This document shows positions 11,101 through 22,804 of a stretch of 64,000 nucleotides of DNA, in pieces (position 1 is the stretch's first letter; each line of letters begins with the position of its first letter). This stretch comes from Prorocentrum cordatum. Its lineage: Eukaryota. The DNA is taken from positions 558,001-622,000 of the forward strand of contig CAUYUJ010000092.1 in NCBI GenBank assembly GCA_963575745.1, in the 5' to 3' direction. The position numbers and the translations under genes are program-made. A model generated the notes under the pieces. That model did no database searches and was not told the DNA's origin. It saw only the letters and a list, made by a program, of their open reading frames with translations.

Positions 11101-14100
11101 CTGGACCTGACCAGACCTGGACCCCCCGACCGTGCCGATGATGCAGTCAAGGCAGACGTAGTACGCGTACCACGCCGACGAGCGGGAGAGGGAAAGCTCC
11201 ACGCTCGCGAGCACGAGGATCCGCACGAGCGACTCCTCGAGCACCAGGAACACGAGGAACCGCACCAGCGACTCCCCGAGCATCAGGAGGGGCGAGGCAA
11301 TCTCTGCGCGAGGACCCGCGCCGCGACCACCCGAACGTCCTCCTCCCCCGCGTGCCTCTCCTCCCACGGTGCGAGCCGCCACGCCTCGCCGCCCGCAGCC
11401 GCCGCCGCACCAGCAGCAGCAGACACAGGCTCGCAGGGCGCAGCAGGCGCCGCCAGAGCACCAGCCCGCGCGTCGGCGCCGCCCGAGGGGACAGCGCCGG
11501 GTGCCGAGCGCCGCAAGCCGTCGGCCCAGGCGTCGTCGGACATGGAGTCGTCGTCGGCGTCCGCGACGCCAGCAGCCCCCGCCACCTGGACGAGCGCGAG
11601 GCCGGTGCCAGCAGAGCCAGCCGCCGCACCCGCGGCCGCCACGTCGACCTCCGTCGTCTCCACCACGACGGCAGCAGGAGCGCCCGCCGCCGCTTTCCTC
11701 GCCGCGCGGCGCTGGCGGCGCCGCCTCCGCCGCGCGGCGCGCGCCGCGGGCTCGGCGACCGCAGCACCAGCAGGGCCAGGGCGAGGAACTCCAGGATGAG
11801 CAGGGGGAGGATCGCCTCCAGCGGCAGCGTCGCGAGGCGGCGGCACGGCATCCTCGGCGCGCTGAGCGAACAGCGCGGCCGAGACGGCCGACCTTGCCAC
11901 CGCCGCGACAGTGCGGCGTGGGGCGCCCCCCAGGACAGCGCCGCGCACGGCCGCCTCCACCAGCGCGGCGGCGGGAGGAGGAGGAGGAGGAGGAGGAGGA
12001 GGAGGAGGAGGAGGAGGAGGAGGAGGAGGAGGATAAGGAGGAGGAGGAGTAGGAGGAGGGGAGGAGGAGAAGGAGAGGAGGAGGAGGAGGAGGAGGAGGA
12101 GAGGAGGAGGAGGAGGAGAGGACAGGATGACCACAGGCCGTGAAGAGAGAGAAGGAGAGAGAGAGAGAGAATGAGAAGGAGAAGGAGGAGGAGGAGGAGG
12201 AGGAGGAGGAGGAGGAGGAGGAGGAGGAGGAGGAGGAGAAGGAGAAGGAGAAGGACAACGAAGACGACGACGACGACGATGACGACGTTTCTCGACGCTT
12301 CTCGACGGTGGCGAGGGGGCGCGCCCTCGCCGAGCGACTGCGCGCGACGCGCCCGCGGCCACCCGCGCCCGACCAGCGCTGCTGGCGTTCAACCTGCCCG
12401 CGCAAGTTTCTGAACCCCGCGCGGCACACCTCGTTGAGTGAGGGGCCGCGGCGCCGCCCGCGGGCGGGGGGGCTTAAGGGCAACCCCGGACCACCGCTAA
12501 CCTCCTCAGCCCTCAGCCCTCGCCGACATCTTCTCTCCGGCCCGCCGAGGCACCTCCCCTGCCCCCCCGCCGCCGCCGCCCCCCCCGCGGCCGCCGAGCC
12601 GCCCTCGCGCTGCCTCGCGGACCACCGCACATCTACCTCCTCGCGCCGCCGCGGCCGCGGCGTCGGCTGGCGGCCGCGACGCCCACCGCCGAGCCTCCCC
12701 ACGAGCACCTGGTCGCCGTCCCCCAGGCCGACGCAGCCCACTGAGGCCTCGGAGCCCTCCATGGTGTCTTCCCCCCTTGCCTCCTCCACGCCCTTGCCCA
12801 GGTGGATCTCCTCGGCCCACTCCTTGATGTGCTGGCGCACTTCACCATACCGCCACCCCTTTCGGCTCGCAACCTCCACGGCGACCTCGATGCGGCGCCA
12901 GGCCTCATGCCCGACCGCCTTGCCCATGTCGGCGTGGCCCGCCTCGCTGGTGAAGCCGCCGAGCACCGCAACCCGCGAGCGCACAACCCTACAGACCACC
13001 ACGCGTAGGGCTCCGCGGACGCGCTTCCTGTCCTCGTTGGCCGCCTGCAGCTGCTTCTGCATGCCATTTTTGCTGCCGCGGAGCCGTGCGGCCATCTGCA
13101 CGTCGAGCTCCCCCGCGTGCTGAAAGCCGTCCGCCAAGCAGCCCTTGCACTTCGCCTGCAGCTTGTGCACCTCTGCCTTGACCTTTGCTGCCGCCACCTC
13201 CTCCGCCTTCGGCCTCGCGCGAGCCTTGGAGAGCGCCGCCGCCCACTTCACCCGCGCCATCGCCTTGGCGGCCTTCGCCTCCCTCAACTGCTCCTTGGTG
13301 TCGACCACCCCGTCCGCTTCCTCCGCCGCATTCGCTTCCTTCACCGCCGTGTCGCAGGTAGCCTTTCGGATGGCGCCGCCACCTTGGCGGGTCGCCGACA
13401 CAACCAGCCCCTCGCGCACCGTTGCGCCAGCTCCGCCGCCGCGCACCGCCGCCCTTGGGTCCGCCTGCCAGCCTCCACCGCCGCCCATGCCTCCGCGGAA
13501 CAGGTGGCAAGCGCCTGGGAGGCACCCCAGCGCTCGTGCCTCCGACGGCATCCCGCCTTGCCCTGCACAACCTGCCACTCCTCGGCTGCCGCCGCCGCAG
13601 TCGCCGCCTGCCGCCTGGGGCCGCTGGGTGCGGCGCCCTGCCTTCCCCCGTGGCCTTCCGCGTACCCGTAGATCTCCTTGAACTTGTCCTCGGACTCCTG
13701 TTCCTCGTCGCCCTCGCCGTCGCCGACCCCCAGCTGGTCCTCCGACTGATTGCAGGCTGCGCCCTCGCCCTCCGCGTGCCCGCCGCGCACCATCCGTCCG
13801 CTCAGCTGCGGCTGGCTGACCCTCCCAGCGATGGATTACGATCTCCACTATCGGGGCCTCCAGCGGCGCTGCATCCGCCGCCTTCGCCCAGCACGCACAG
13901 CTGCAGCCCGAGCACCATGCCCCGCCTCCTGGGAGCATGGGTTGCCTTCCTGCTCCGCACCGTTGCTAGCCCCTCTTCATGGCGTGCACCGCGACCGCCT
14001 CGCCATCCCGCAACCGTCTGCCACCGCGCCGCCCGCACCCGCGGCCCAAGACTCATCAACGATAATTTAATAAACCCTCCCTGCAAGCTCCCTTTTTCTC

Positions 14101-17100
14101 AAGCCCCTACAATAATTCATTCCCACTAAATGGAATGCCCTGTTGGAAGACAACCGCTTGAACATCCTTAGCTGTGCCAGAACACCGTCCTTGGGACTTC
14201 AACGCCGTGAAACACCGCTACTGTCGTTGTTTGACGATCTTGAACCGTGCCAGAAAACCAGTCCTCGCACTTCAACACCGCCAATCGGCGTAACTGTTGC
14301 GCCCTGAAAGTCCGACATCGTGCCCGAACGCCGTTTCTGGAACGCTAGCCATGATAACCCTTGAAACGGATGTAAATGTTTCAAACGAGTGTGCACGGCG
14401 TCAAGACGAGAACCGCCTTCCACCCGTGAAACACCCCCAATGTGTTTTGAAGAAAAATGTGCGCGGCGCTACGGCGAGAACCACATTTTGAAAATGGGCC
14501 GCCCTCCATCCGTGAAGCCCTTGCAAAGTTTCAGCTCGAAGATCATTAATGGCGAGAAAGTCTCAAAACGAAAAGCCCGGCCCGCCCTACCGACACGCCG
14601 CGGGGTGCGACAGGGAGGAGTCCCACCAGCCCTTTGGGCGTGAGTGGTTTAGAGAGCTCTCTCTGTCCTCAACCCCCCAACCCCCCTTCTTCCCCTTCGG
14701 GGAGGGGTTTACCCCTCCCCCTACCCACTCCCCCTGGGCCTGGACAGGGAGTCCCGAGTGTTCTCAGGGGGGGTCTTTTTCGACTCCTGGGAGGGCCAAA
14801 AAACGACGACCCTCACGAGGATTCTGGCCCCGACGGGGGGGCTCTGAAAAAAACCCTCTCCTCTTCTGTGAAGCCAAAATCATTGATTTTACTACGGTTT
14901 CGGCCCCATTTTGGCCTTCTGAGGGGGCAGCGCTCCTCTTCCTTCTTCTCAAAATCATTGATTTTACGAAGGTTTGGGGCTCATCTTGTCCTTCGCAGGG
15001 GCTCGCGCTCATTTGCGCTTCTGCGGAGGTCGCAAGAGGCCCCCAAGAGGCCCCAAGATGCCTCCCAGAGGCCCCCAAGAGGCGTCCAAGAGGCTCCCAA
15101 GAGGCCCCCAAGATGCCCCCAAGAGGCCCCCAAGAGGCCCCAAGAGGCCCCCTAGAGGCCCCCAAGAGGCCCCACGAGGAGCCCGAACGACTCACACCAG
15201 GACGAGGGGCCCGAACGACTCACACCACGAAGAGCCCGAACGACTCACACCACAAGGAGGGGCCCGAACGACTCATACCAGGACGAGGCGCCCGACCGAC
15301 TCACACCACGAGGACCCCGAACGACTCACACCACGACGCGGGCCTCGAACGACTCACACCACGAGGAGCCCGAACGAGTCACACCAGGAGGAGGGGCAGC
15401 GCTCATACAAGCCCCCCAAAGGGGCTCGCGCTCATTTGCGCTTCTGCGGAGGTCGCAAGAGGCCCCCAAGAGGCCCCAAGATGCCTCCCAGAGGCTCCCA
15501 AGAGGCGCCCAAGAGGCTCCCAAGAGGCCCCCAAGATGCCCCCAAGAGGCCCCCAAGAGGCCCCAAGAGGCCCCCTAGAGGCCCCCAAGAGGCCCCACGA
15601 GGAGCCCGAACGACTCACACCAGGACGAGGGGCCCGAACGACTCACACCACGAAGAGCCCGAACGACTCACACCACAAGGAGGGGCCCGAACGACTCATA
15701 CCAGGACGAGGCGCCCGACCGACTCACACCACGAGGACCCCGAACGACTCACCAGCCCTTTGGGCGTGAGTGGTTTAGAGAACCCCCTCTGTCCTCAACC
15801 CCCCTTCTTCCTCTTCGGGAAGGGGTTTACCCCTCCCCCTACCCCCTCCCCCTGGGTCTGGAGAGGGATTCCCGCGGGTCGTTGGGGGTCTTTTCCGACT
15901 CCTGGGAGGGCCCCAAAACGACGACCCTCACGAGGATTCTGGCCCCGACGAGGGGGTGTAGAAATTATCCCGGCAAAGCAACCTAACATCGATGTGTAGG
16001 AGCATATCTGGAAGCATTCCCCTTAAGATTCGGATGAGAATCCAGTTGTAGAATTCTGCTGTTCTCGCAGTCGTAGTCGCATTCGCGATGACAGTCGCAG
16101 TGGCAACGGCAGTCGCAGTCACAGCCTCAGCCTCAGCCTGCCTCAGCCTCAGCCTCAGCCTGCCTCAGCCTCAGCCTGCCTCAGCCTCAGCCTCAGCCTG
16201 CTTCAGCCTCAGCTCAGTCTGCCTTCAGCCTCGGCCTCAGCCTCAGCCTGCCTCAGCCTCAGCCTGCATCAGCCTCAGCCTCAGCCTCAGCCTGCCTCAG
16301 CATCAGCCTGCCTCAGCCTCAGCCTCAGCCTGCCTCAGCCTCAGCCTCAGCTTGCTTCAGCCTCAGCCTCAGTCTGCCTTCAGCCTCGGCCTCAGCCTCA
16401 GCCTGCCTCAGCCTCAGCCTGCATGAGCCTCAGCCTCAGCCTCAGCCTGCCTCAGCATCAGCCTGCCTCAGCCTCAGCCTCAGCCTGCCTCTGCCTCAGC
16501 CTCAGCTGCTTCAGCCTCAGCCTCAGTCTGCCGCGGCCTCGGCCTGCCTCAGCCTGCCTCAGCCTCAGCCTGCTCAGCCTCAGCCTCAGCCTCAGCCTGC
16601 CTCCATCAGCCTGCCTCGGCCTCAGCCTCAGCCTCAGCCTGCCTCAGCCTGCTTCAGCCTCAGCCTCAGTCTGCCTTCAGCCTCCGCCTCAGCCTCAGTG
16701 CCGCAGCCTCAGCCTGCATCAGCCTCAGCCATAGCCTCAGCCTGCCTCAGCCTCAGCCTGCATCAGCCTCAGCCTCAGCCTGCCTCAGCCTCAGCCTCAG
16801 CCTGCTTCAGCCTCAGCCTCAGTCTGCCTTCAGCCTCGGCCTCAGCCTCAGTCTGCCTCAGCCTCAGCCTGCCTCAGCCTCAGTCTCAGCCTCAGCCTCA
16901 GCCTCAGCCTGACTCAGCCTCAGCCTCAGCCTGCCTCAGCCTCAGCCTCAGCCTGCTTCAGCCTCAGCCTCAGTCTGCCTCAGCCTCGGCCTCAGCCTCA
17001 GCCTGCCTCAGCCTCAGCCTGCATCAGCCTCAGCCTCAGCCTCAGCCTGCCTCAGCATCAGCCTGCCTCAGCCTCAGCCTCAGCCTGCCTCAGCCTCAGC

Positions 17101-20100
17101 CTGCCTCAGCCTCAGCCTCAGCCTGCTTCAGCCTCAGCCTCAGTCTGCCTTCTGCCTCGGCCTCAGCCTCAGCCTGCCTCAGCCTCAGCCTGCATCAGCC
17201 TCAGCCTCAGCCTCAGCCTGCCTCAGCCTCAGCCTGCCTCAGCCTCAGCCTCAGCCTGCCTCCGCCTCAGCCTCAGCCTGCTTCAGCCTCAGCCTCAGTC
17301 TGCCTTCAGCCTCGGCCTCAGCCTCAGCCTGCCTCAGCCTCAGCCTGCATCAGCCTCAGCCTCAGCCTCAGCCTGCCTCACCTCAGCCTGCCTCAGCCTC
17401 AGCCTTAGCCTGCCTCAGCCTAGCCTGCCTCAGCCTCAGCCTCAGCCCAGCCTCAGCCTGCTCAAGCAAGGCATCAGTCTGCACTTTATGAGCCTGGCAC
17501 CTCGGCGTCAGCCTCAGGCTGCCTCATCCTCAGCCTGCATCAGCCTCAGCCTCAGCCTCAGCCTGCCTCAGCATCAGCCTGCCTCAGCCTCAGCCTCAGC
17601 CTGCCTCAGCCTCAGCCTCAGCCTGCTTCAGCCTCAGCCTCAGTCTGCCTTCAGCCTCGGCCTCAGCCTCAGCCTGCCTCAGCCTCAGCCTGCCTCAGCC
17701 TCAGCCTCAGCCTGCCTCAGCATTCAAAATGTGGCACGGGAATGGAGTTCTGGGAACTCGAAGAACACGAATTGGCCTACAGTTGGCTTCGGGCATTCAA
17801 AATCATGCCCAAGAATGGAGTTTGGGGAACTCGAAGACCACGAAGTGGCCTACAGTTGGCTTCGGGCATTCAAAATCATGCCCAGGAATGGAGTTCTGGG
17901 AACTCGAAGACCACGAAGTGGGCTACAACTGGCTCCGGGCATCAAATGTGGCCCGGCGGATGGAGTTCTGGGAAAGTCGAAGAGCACGAAGTGGCCTACT
18001 GTGGCTCCGGGCATTCAGAATGTGGCCCGGGAATGGAATTCTGGGAAGTCGAAGAGCACGAAGTGGCCTACAGTTGGCTCCGGGCATCCAAAATGTGGCC
18101 CGGGAATGGAATTCTGGGAAGTCGAAGAGCACGAAGTGGCGTACAGTTGGCTCCGGGCATTCAGAATGTGGCCCGGGAATGGAGTTCTGGGAGGTCAAAG
18201 AGCACGAAGTGTGTGACTGCATGCGAAAAACGATCCCCCCCGGCAAACCCCAACGGCCCCCCAACGGAACCCCAACGGCCCCCCAACGGCTGCCCAGACC
18301 CCCCTGTGGAGTAATGTGCTGCTCTCTTTTTACACCATTAGAAACCTATCAGTCTTCGATGTTAGGTAATCAGTCTTCGATGTTAGGTAAAAATGCTCTC
18401 CTCTTCTCTGAAGCCAAAATCATTGATTTTACTACGGTTTTGGCCCCATTTTGGCCGTCTGAGGGGCCAGCGCTGCTGCTCCGTGTTCTCAAAATGTTTT
18501 ATTGTACGAAGGTTTTGGGCTCATTTTGTCCTTCTGAGGGGGTAGCGCTCATTTGCGCTTCTCAGGAGGTCGCAAGAAGCCCCCCAGAGGCCCCAAGATG
18601 CCCCCAGGAGGCTCCCAAGAGGCCTCCAAGAGGCTCCCCAGCCGCCCCCAAGAGGCCTCCAGAGGCTTCCAAGAGGCACCACAGAGGCGTCCACGAGGCC
18701 CCCAGAGCCCCCACGAGGCCCCGAGATGCCCCCAGGAGGCTTCCAAGAGGCCTCCAAGAGGCTCCCCAGCCGCCCCCAAGAGGCCTCCAGAGGCTCCCAA
18801 GAGGCACCCCAGAGGCGTCCAGGAGGCACCCAGAGCCCCCAAGAGGCTCCCAAGAGGCCCCCAAGAGTCCCCCAAGAGGCCCCCAAGAGGCCCCAAGAGG
18901 CCCCCAAGAGGCTCCCAAGAGGCCACACCAGGAGCCCGACCGACTCACACCAGGACGAGGGGCCCGAACGACTCACACCACGAAGAGCCCGAACGACTCA
19001 CACCACAACGAGGGGCCCGAACGACTCATACCAGGACGAGGCGCCCGACCGACTCACACCACGAGGACCCCGAACGACTCACACCACGACGCGGGCCTCG
19101 AACGACTCACACCACGTGGAGCCCGATCGAGTCACACCAGGAGGAGGGGCAGCGCTCGTACAAGCCCCCCAAGAGGGCCCCCAGAGGTCCACCAGGTGGC
19201 CCCAGGAGGTCCCCAGATGGCCCACAGTCTCAAAAGTATTGATTATACGAAGAGCCCGAACGACTCACACCAGGAAGAAGGGCCCGAACGACTCACACCA
19301 GGACGAGAACACCCAAACGACTCAAATCACGAGGAGCGCTTTCTCTCCCTCCTCCTCCGCCTCGTCCTTCTCCCGCTCCCCCCACAAGGAGGATGTACAA
19401 GGAGGCGGGAGGAAGGAGGAACAGGGGAGATATGCGGGGCCAAGCGGACGCACGCCTGAAAAACACGACTGTCGGCATGCTTCGCAAGAGTTGCTGCTGT
19501 GAGATGGGCTGGTGGGGATACGCGAAGCGTAAAGAATTATTGATAAGGACAAAAAGCTGGAGTGGAGGAGGAGGAGGAGGAGGAGGAGGAGGAGGAGGAG
19601 GAGGAGGAGGAGGGAGAGGAGGAGAAGTAGGAGGAGGGGGAGGAGGAGGAGGAGGATGAGGAGGAGGAGGAGGAGGAGGAGGAGGTGGAGGTGGAGGAGG
19701 AGGAGGGAGAGGAGGAAGAGGAGGATGGGGAGGGCGCCTCTCCGACAGGCGCGCGCGGCGCCCCGCTTCGCGCACCGCGCGCTCACCCGAGGCTCCTGCT
19801 GTCGGGGCCATCCCTCCCTGGTCCATCCCCCTCTCCTTCCCTCCTGCCTCCTTCCCACCTCCCTCCATCCTTCACGCCTTCCTCCTGCCTCCTCCCTTCC
19901 TCCTTCCTTCCTCTTTGGCCCCCCCCGACCTGATCCGCTGGTCCACTTCCCCCGGCCCCTCCCCCCTAACGTCTCCCGGCTTCTCCCACTGTTTGCTGGG
20001 GCTGCTGGGGCTGCTGGTCTGGACGCTGATGATGGTCGTGCTGCTGATGGTGCTGGTGAAGGTGCTGGCGCTGGCGTTTGTACGTTAGTGATGGTCGTGG

Positions 20101-22050
20101 CAATGGTAATGGTGGCGGTGGTGGGTTCGGCTGTTGTTACTCCAGCTCACCACCCAACACCTCGTCTTCTCCCCCCCTCCCTCCCTTCTCATCCATCCCC
20201 TCAACCTCCGCATCCTCCCTCTCATTTCCTTCCTCCTCCATCCCTTTTCCCGGCAACGAGCGGCATACCGTCTCGCGATAGACGTGTCGGTGGGGCGGTC
20301 CGGGCCTGGCGTGTATGACTTCTGCGCAGATTACAACCCTCAAGCTTGAACATTCCGATGTTTACACGGATGAAATGTGGTTCCTTTGAACACTATGTCT
20401 CTCGTCTGGGAACTCCTCGCATTCTACAATTCGAGGGGAAGGCTTGATATTTCCGACAACGGCGTGGACGTATTCCGATTCGCTTGATGTGTTGGGAGAT
20501 CCCCTCACATCGTGGCATCCGAAAGCTTGGAATTCCCAGCAACTCCACGGATGGAGAGAGATGGCTTACAGCTCTTGCACGGATAAGAAGGGCGGTGCGT
20601 TTTCAGAATCGTGCTCTCGCCCGGGACTTGCGTACTCTCCATTGCCTGGAGCGCAATTCCGTTGTCAAGCTCATGGCGCGTTGTAGCCTTCCGCGAGCGA
20701 GACTCAGTCCGGTCGGCGATGCGAATTGCAAAAGCAGTTGGGCCTCTCACCAGGCAGGCCATTCCTGCCATCTCCTCCCTCATCCCGTCTCCCTCATCCT
20801 CCCTTCCCCCCCCCTCGCACCTCACCTCCTCCCTCCTCTCTCCAAATGTCTCCCATATCGTGCCTCCCGCCTTCCTGCTCCCTTATCACGCCGCCCTCCT
20901 ACCTGCCGGGCTTGACCGCCAGCTTGGGTGCTCCTGACACCCAGGGCGGCTGAACCTCGGATTTTCCTTCTCACCCTCCTTCTCGTCCTCCTCCTCATCC
21001 TCCCCCTCTATGTCCTTCTCTTCGTTCCACTATCATCATTGTCATCACCACTACACCGTGATCATCTCATCCTCTGCATCCGTTTACACCTGGATGTCGC
21101 TCGGGTGTATCATGATATTGGATTGCCCAAGTTTCCTCGGCGCGGCCCTCTGCGAGGTCTCGGCAGTGTGCTGCGACCACTTGTTTTCGAACGTGTAGCC
21201 CGACTTGTACCCGCCAGACCCAGTCGCCTGCCCAGCCGCGTTCTCCCCCGGCTCTGTCAAGACCCTTTCCTGCTGTACACGCTCGTCCTCCTCCGCCTCT
21301 TCCCCTGCCTCCTCCTAGGCTTGCTTCTGTGCCTGATCCTGACCCTGATCCTACCACCTAGCGGGCCGATGGCGACCAGATCAGGGACCACACATCCTAC
21401 TCGTAGAAAACAATACAAAGTCTACGTGATTGCTCTCAGCATGGACGTTCTGTCGCCCACGTCCCAAAGGACGTGGCAGGATTGGGACGTTTCTTCTTTC
21501 TCTCGCATCGGCGCTGCGCCCTTTTTCTTGAGAATTGAGCTCCCGATTGGACGCGGCGCGCATCATTCGCACGCCAGTTCGCCGACGCGCGAACGGACGA
21601 AAATGTCGCTCTCGCCTAGGCGCCGCGCAGATTCCGCTCGAAAGCGACGTTCGCGCCTCAGCGCGGCGTGTCTTGGTGGGCCTGTTTTCCACCACCACCA
21701 CCATAAGTTGGAGGGGGGAAGGAGGAGGAGGGAGAGGAGGGAGGAGGAGGAGGAGGAGGTGGAGGAGGTGGAGGAGGAGGAAGAGGTGGAGGAGGAGGAG
21801 GAGCATGAGGAGGACGCCCTCCCCCTCCAACTTATGGTGGTGGTGGTGGTGGACAACAGGCCCATCACCATCTTGTCCGCTCGCCGAGCTTTGGGCCCCC
21901 GCGGGAGCGGGCGACGTGTCGCCCGCGACCGAGCCCCGTGCGCCTCCTCTTCGCCTGGCCGTGGCGCTTCCCGCGCGGGCGCGGCGCGCGCCTCGCTCGC
22001 CGCGTCGCACGCCGGCGGCAGCGGCGGCGCGGCCGAGAGCGGGCGCCATG
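1..22050 (-). CDS. Second minus-strand multi-exon gene, product unknown, running off the left edge (model incomplete)
   Basis: Candidate exons: 22050 to about 21955 (GCAGC ATG G, MAPALGRAAA), about 19795-19735, about 6220-6160 (GSSSGLEAQALAIARRISAQ), about 3800-3725 (EARIAELSWAFRHE), 2554 to about 2438 (VAELSVGDDDFVPYGLRLHARD), 1592-1518, about 600-437 and 21-1. The phase chain is not fully closed. Confidence 0.3.
70..908 (+). repeat. (GGA)n microsatellites flanking a GC-rich island (427-617)
   Basis: Direct reading. Confidence 0.95.
1518..1592 (-). CDS. Candidate exon ETQLVGFDGNLEDHDNSSAVDWHSK
   Basis: TTGCAG|G acceptor, AAG|GTAA donor, 75 nt. Confidence 0.5.
1955..2350 (+). repeat. (GAT)n microsatellite
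   Basis: Direct reading. Confidence 0.95.
2438..2554 (-). CDS. Candidate exon VAELSVGDDDFVPYGLRLHARDSALARLNSVSRSAVFLR
   Basis: CGAG|G acceptor; complex island between microsatellites; donor uncertain. Confidence 0.45.
3347..3690. mobile_element. MITE with perfect TIR, interrupted by a nested MITE
   Basis: AAGAGAACTA+CGGCAGGTTCGCGTCGTGTCGACC is the reverse complement of 3657-3690 once the insert is removed. Confidence 0.8.
3357..3489. mobile_element. 133-bp hairpin MITE with TA target-site duplication
   Basis: TA|TGCA...TGCA|TA; internal arms CCCAGGATCGGTGCA / TGCACCGATCCTGGG. Confidence 0.8.
4676..5430 (+). repeat. Dispersed repeat family with internal units of about 80 bp (GATGGAGGGCGGGTGGTTTTCAA), copy 1
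   Basis: Homologous end to end with 38270-38875 (+) and 14100-14622 (-). Confidence 0.8.
8463..8618. mobile_element. Hairpin MITE-like element
   Basis: About 50-bp imperfect arms GATCGACT.C.GAATTG...TGGAT.T.CTCGTCGAGTC and its reverse complement. Confidence 0.65.
9230..11030 (+). mobile_element. Degenerate non-LTR retrotransposon RT, CRE/SLACS-like
   Basis: Motifs ARRTRELLVLGEAGRAA, LKPTGGVRPLACGETPRRMAA, HQYVAG..GIELMH, STFNELDR, RGVDQGCTLSP and VVAYPDDVYV (YPDD at 10425-10436); frameshifted. Confidence 0.8.
11283..11970 (-). mobile_element. Ala-rich ORF remnant, probably retroelement ORF1-like
   Basis: LVEAAVRGAVLGGAPRRTVAAVARSAVSAA followed by RRRRRRQRRAARK; intronless; recalled as a repeat-associated motif. 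Confidence 0.35.
12700..13900 (-). mobile_element. Frameshifted coiled-coil ORF remnant, possible LINE ORF1
   Basis: EEWQVVQGK motif followed by a Lys/Ala/Glu helical stretch; intronless, with frameshifts. Confidence 0.35.
14100..14622 (-). repeat. Same dispersed family, copy 2 (inverted)
   Basis: CGGGGTGCGACAGGGA at about 14600 and CCGCCCTCCATC units on the reverse strand. Confidence 0.7.
14624..15957 (+). repeat. Composite repeat: terminal direct repeats of about 210 bp, internal 423-bp tandem duplication, GAGGCCCCAA and CGAACGACTCACACCA subrepeats
   Basis: CACCAGCCCTTTGGGCGTGAGTGGTTTAGAGA at 14624 and about 15750; 15000-15330 is repeated at 15423-15750. Confidence 0.85.
16123..17720 (+). 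repeat. (CTCAGC)n satellite with higher-order period of about 155 bp
   Basis: Hexamer array with a recurrent AGTCTGCC variant. Confidence 0.95.
17721..18210 (+). repeat. 73-bp minisatellite, about 7 units
   Basis: CATTCA unit starts at 17721, 17794, 17867, 17940, 18012, 18085 and 18158. Confidence 0.9.
18395..19330 (+). repeat. Second copy of the composite repeat core
   Basis: Shares GAAGCCAAAATCATTGATTTTACTACGG and both subrepeat blocks with 14855-15420. Confidence 0.85.
20340..20740 (-). mobile_element. Possible highly decayed RT fragment
   Basis: ELDNGIALQAMESTQVP and RGVPRR..PHF weakly match RT subdomains 3-4. Confidence 0.25.
21677..21864. mobile_element. TIR element enclosing a (GGA)n tract, copy 1
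   Basis: About 40-bp inverted arms TGGGCCTGTTTTCC(ACC)nATAAGTTGGAGGGG. Confidence 0.75.
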
Positions 22051-22308
22051 CTGCCCCCGCACAGGCGCCGTGCAGCCTGCGAGCGGCAACGTCGAGGGCC
22101 CCCAGGCGGGGTGGTGACCACACCGGGTGGCGAGTCGCTGGGGATGCGGGGTCACCGCACGGTTTCGGGACTCGAGTCCCTCTCCCAGGACGTCTCGGGC
22201 GACGGGGGCCTCTGAGGCCCCAAAACCGTGCGTTGGCGGGCAGTGCGGTGAGGTCCTGGGGGGGTTCGCGGTCACCGCGCAGTCTGTCGACAGACCGTGT
22301 GTTGGCGG

Positions 22309-22453
22309 CGCGCACAAGGGGGTGGGGGGAGGGGGAGGGCTTCTTAGAAGCAGGGCTGCTTCTTAGAAGGCGCCGGCCTTGGCCCCCGCGCCTTCTAAGA
22401 AGCAGGGGTGCTTCTAAGAAGCCCTCCCCCCTCCACCCACCCCCCTCTGCGCG
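22309..22453. repeat. Long palindrome with four GCTTCTTAGAAG-type boxes
   Basis: Arms 22309-22373 and 22388-22453 are near reverse complements. Confidence 0.75.
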
Positions 22454-22603
22454 TGGCTGAGTGTGGTGACCGTGCGGACGACTGTCACCGCACCGCTTCG
22501 GGACTCCCAAAAGTGGCAGTGCTGTCTCGGCGCGGGTCGTCTTCGCCGCGCACAGGCCGGAGTTTTGCCACTCCCGCCGGTGCGCGGCCCGCGCACGTTT
22601 GAG

Positions 22604-22804
22604 GGGTCTGCTTTCCACCACCACCACCACCACCATAAGCTGGAGGGGAGGGGGAGGAGGAGGAGGAGGAGGAGGAGGAGGAGGAGGAGGAGGAGGAGGG
22701 GGAGGAGGACGAGAAGGAGGTGGAGGAGGAGGAGGAGGACGACGAGGAGGAGGACCCCCTCCCCCTCCAACTCATAGTGGTGGTGGTGGTGGAAAACAGG
22801 CCCA
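22604..22804. mobile_element. TIR element enclosing a (GGA)n tract, copy 2
   Basis: Same arms with a few substitutions. Confidence 0.75.

Noticed and set aside
10819..13938. 1039-aa ORF and other long poly-R/G/E/S/P/L/I/M ORFs
   Set aside because: Read-through of GC-rich decayed elements and stop-free trinucleotide repeats; not coherent proteins.
14900..14920. CCATTTTGGC as a relic dinoflagellate spliced leader (also about 18445)
   Set aside because: Only a 10-nt match, lacks TCAAG, and lies inside a dispersed repeat.
15180..15390. CGAACGACTCACACCA repeats with variable gaps, superficially CRISPR-like (also the 73-bp and 103-bp arrays)
   Set aside because: The intervening sequences are short and related to each other rather than unique spacers; no cas genes; eukaryotic context.
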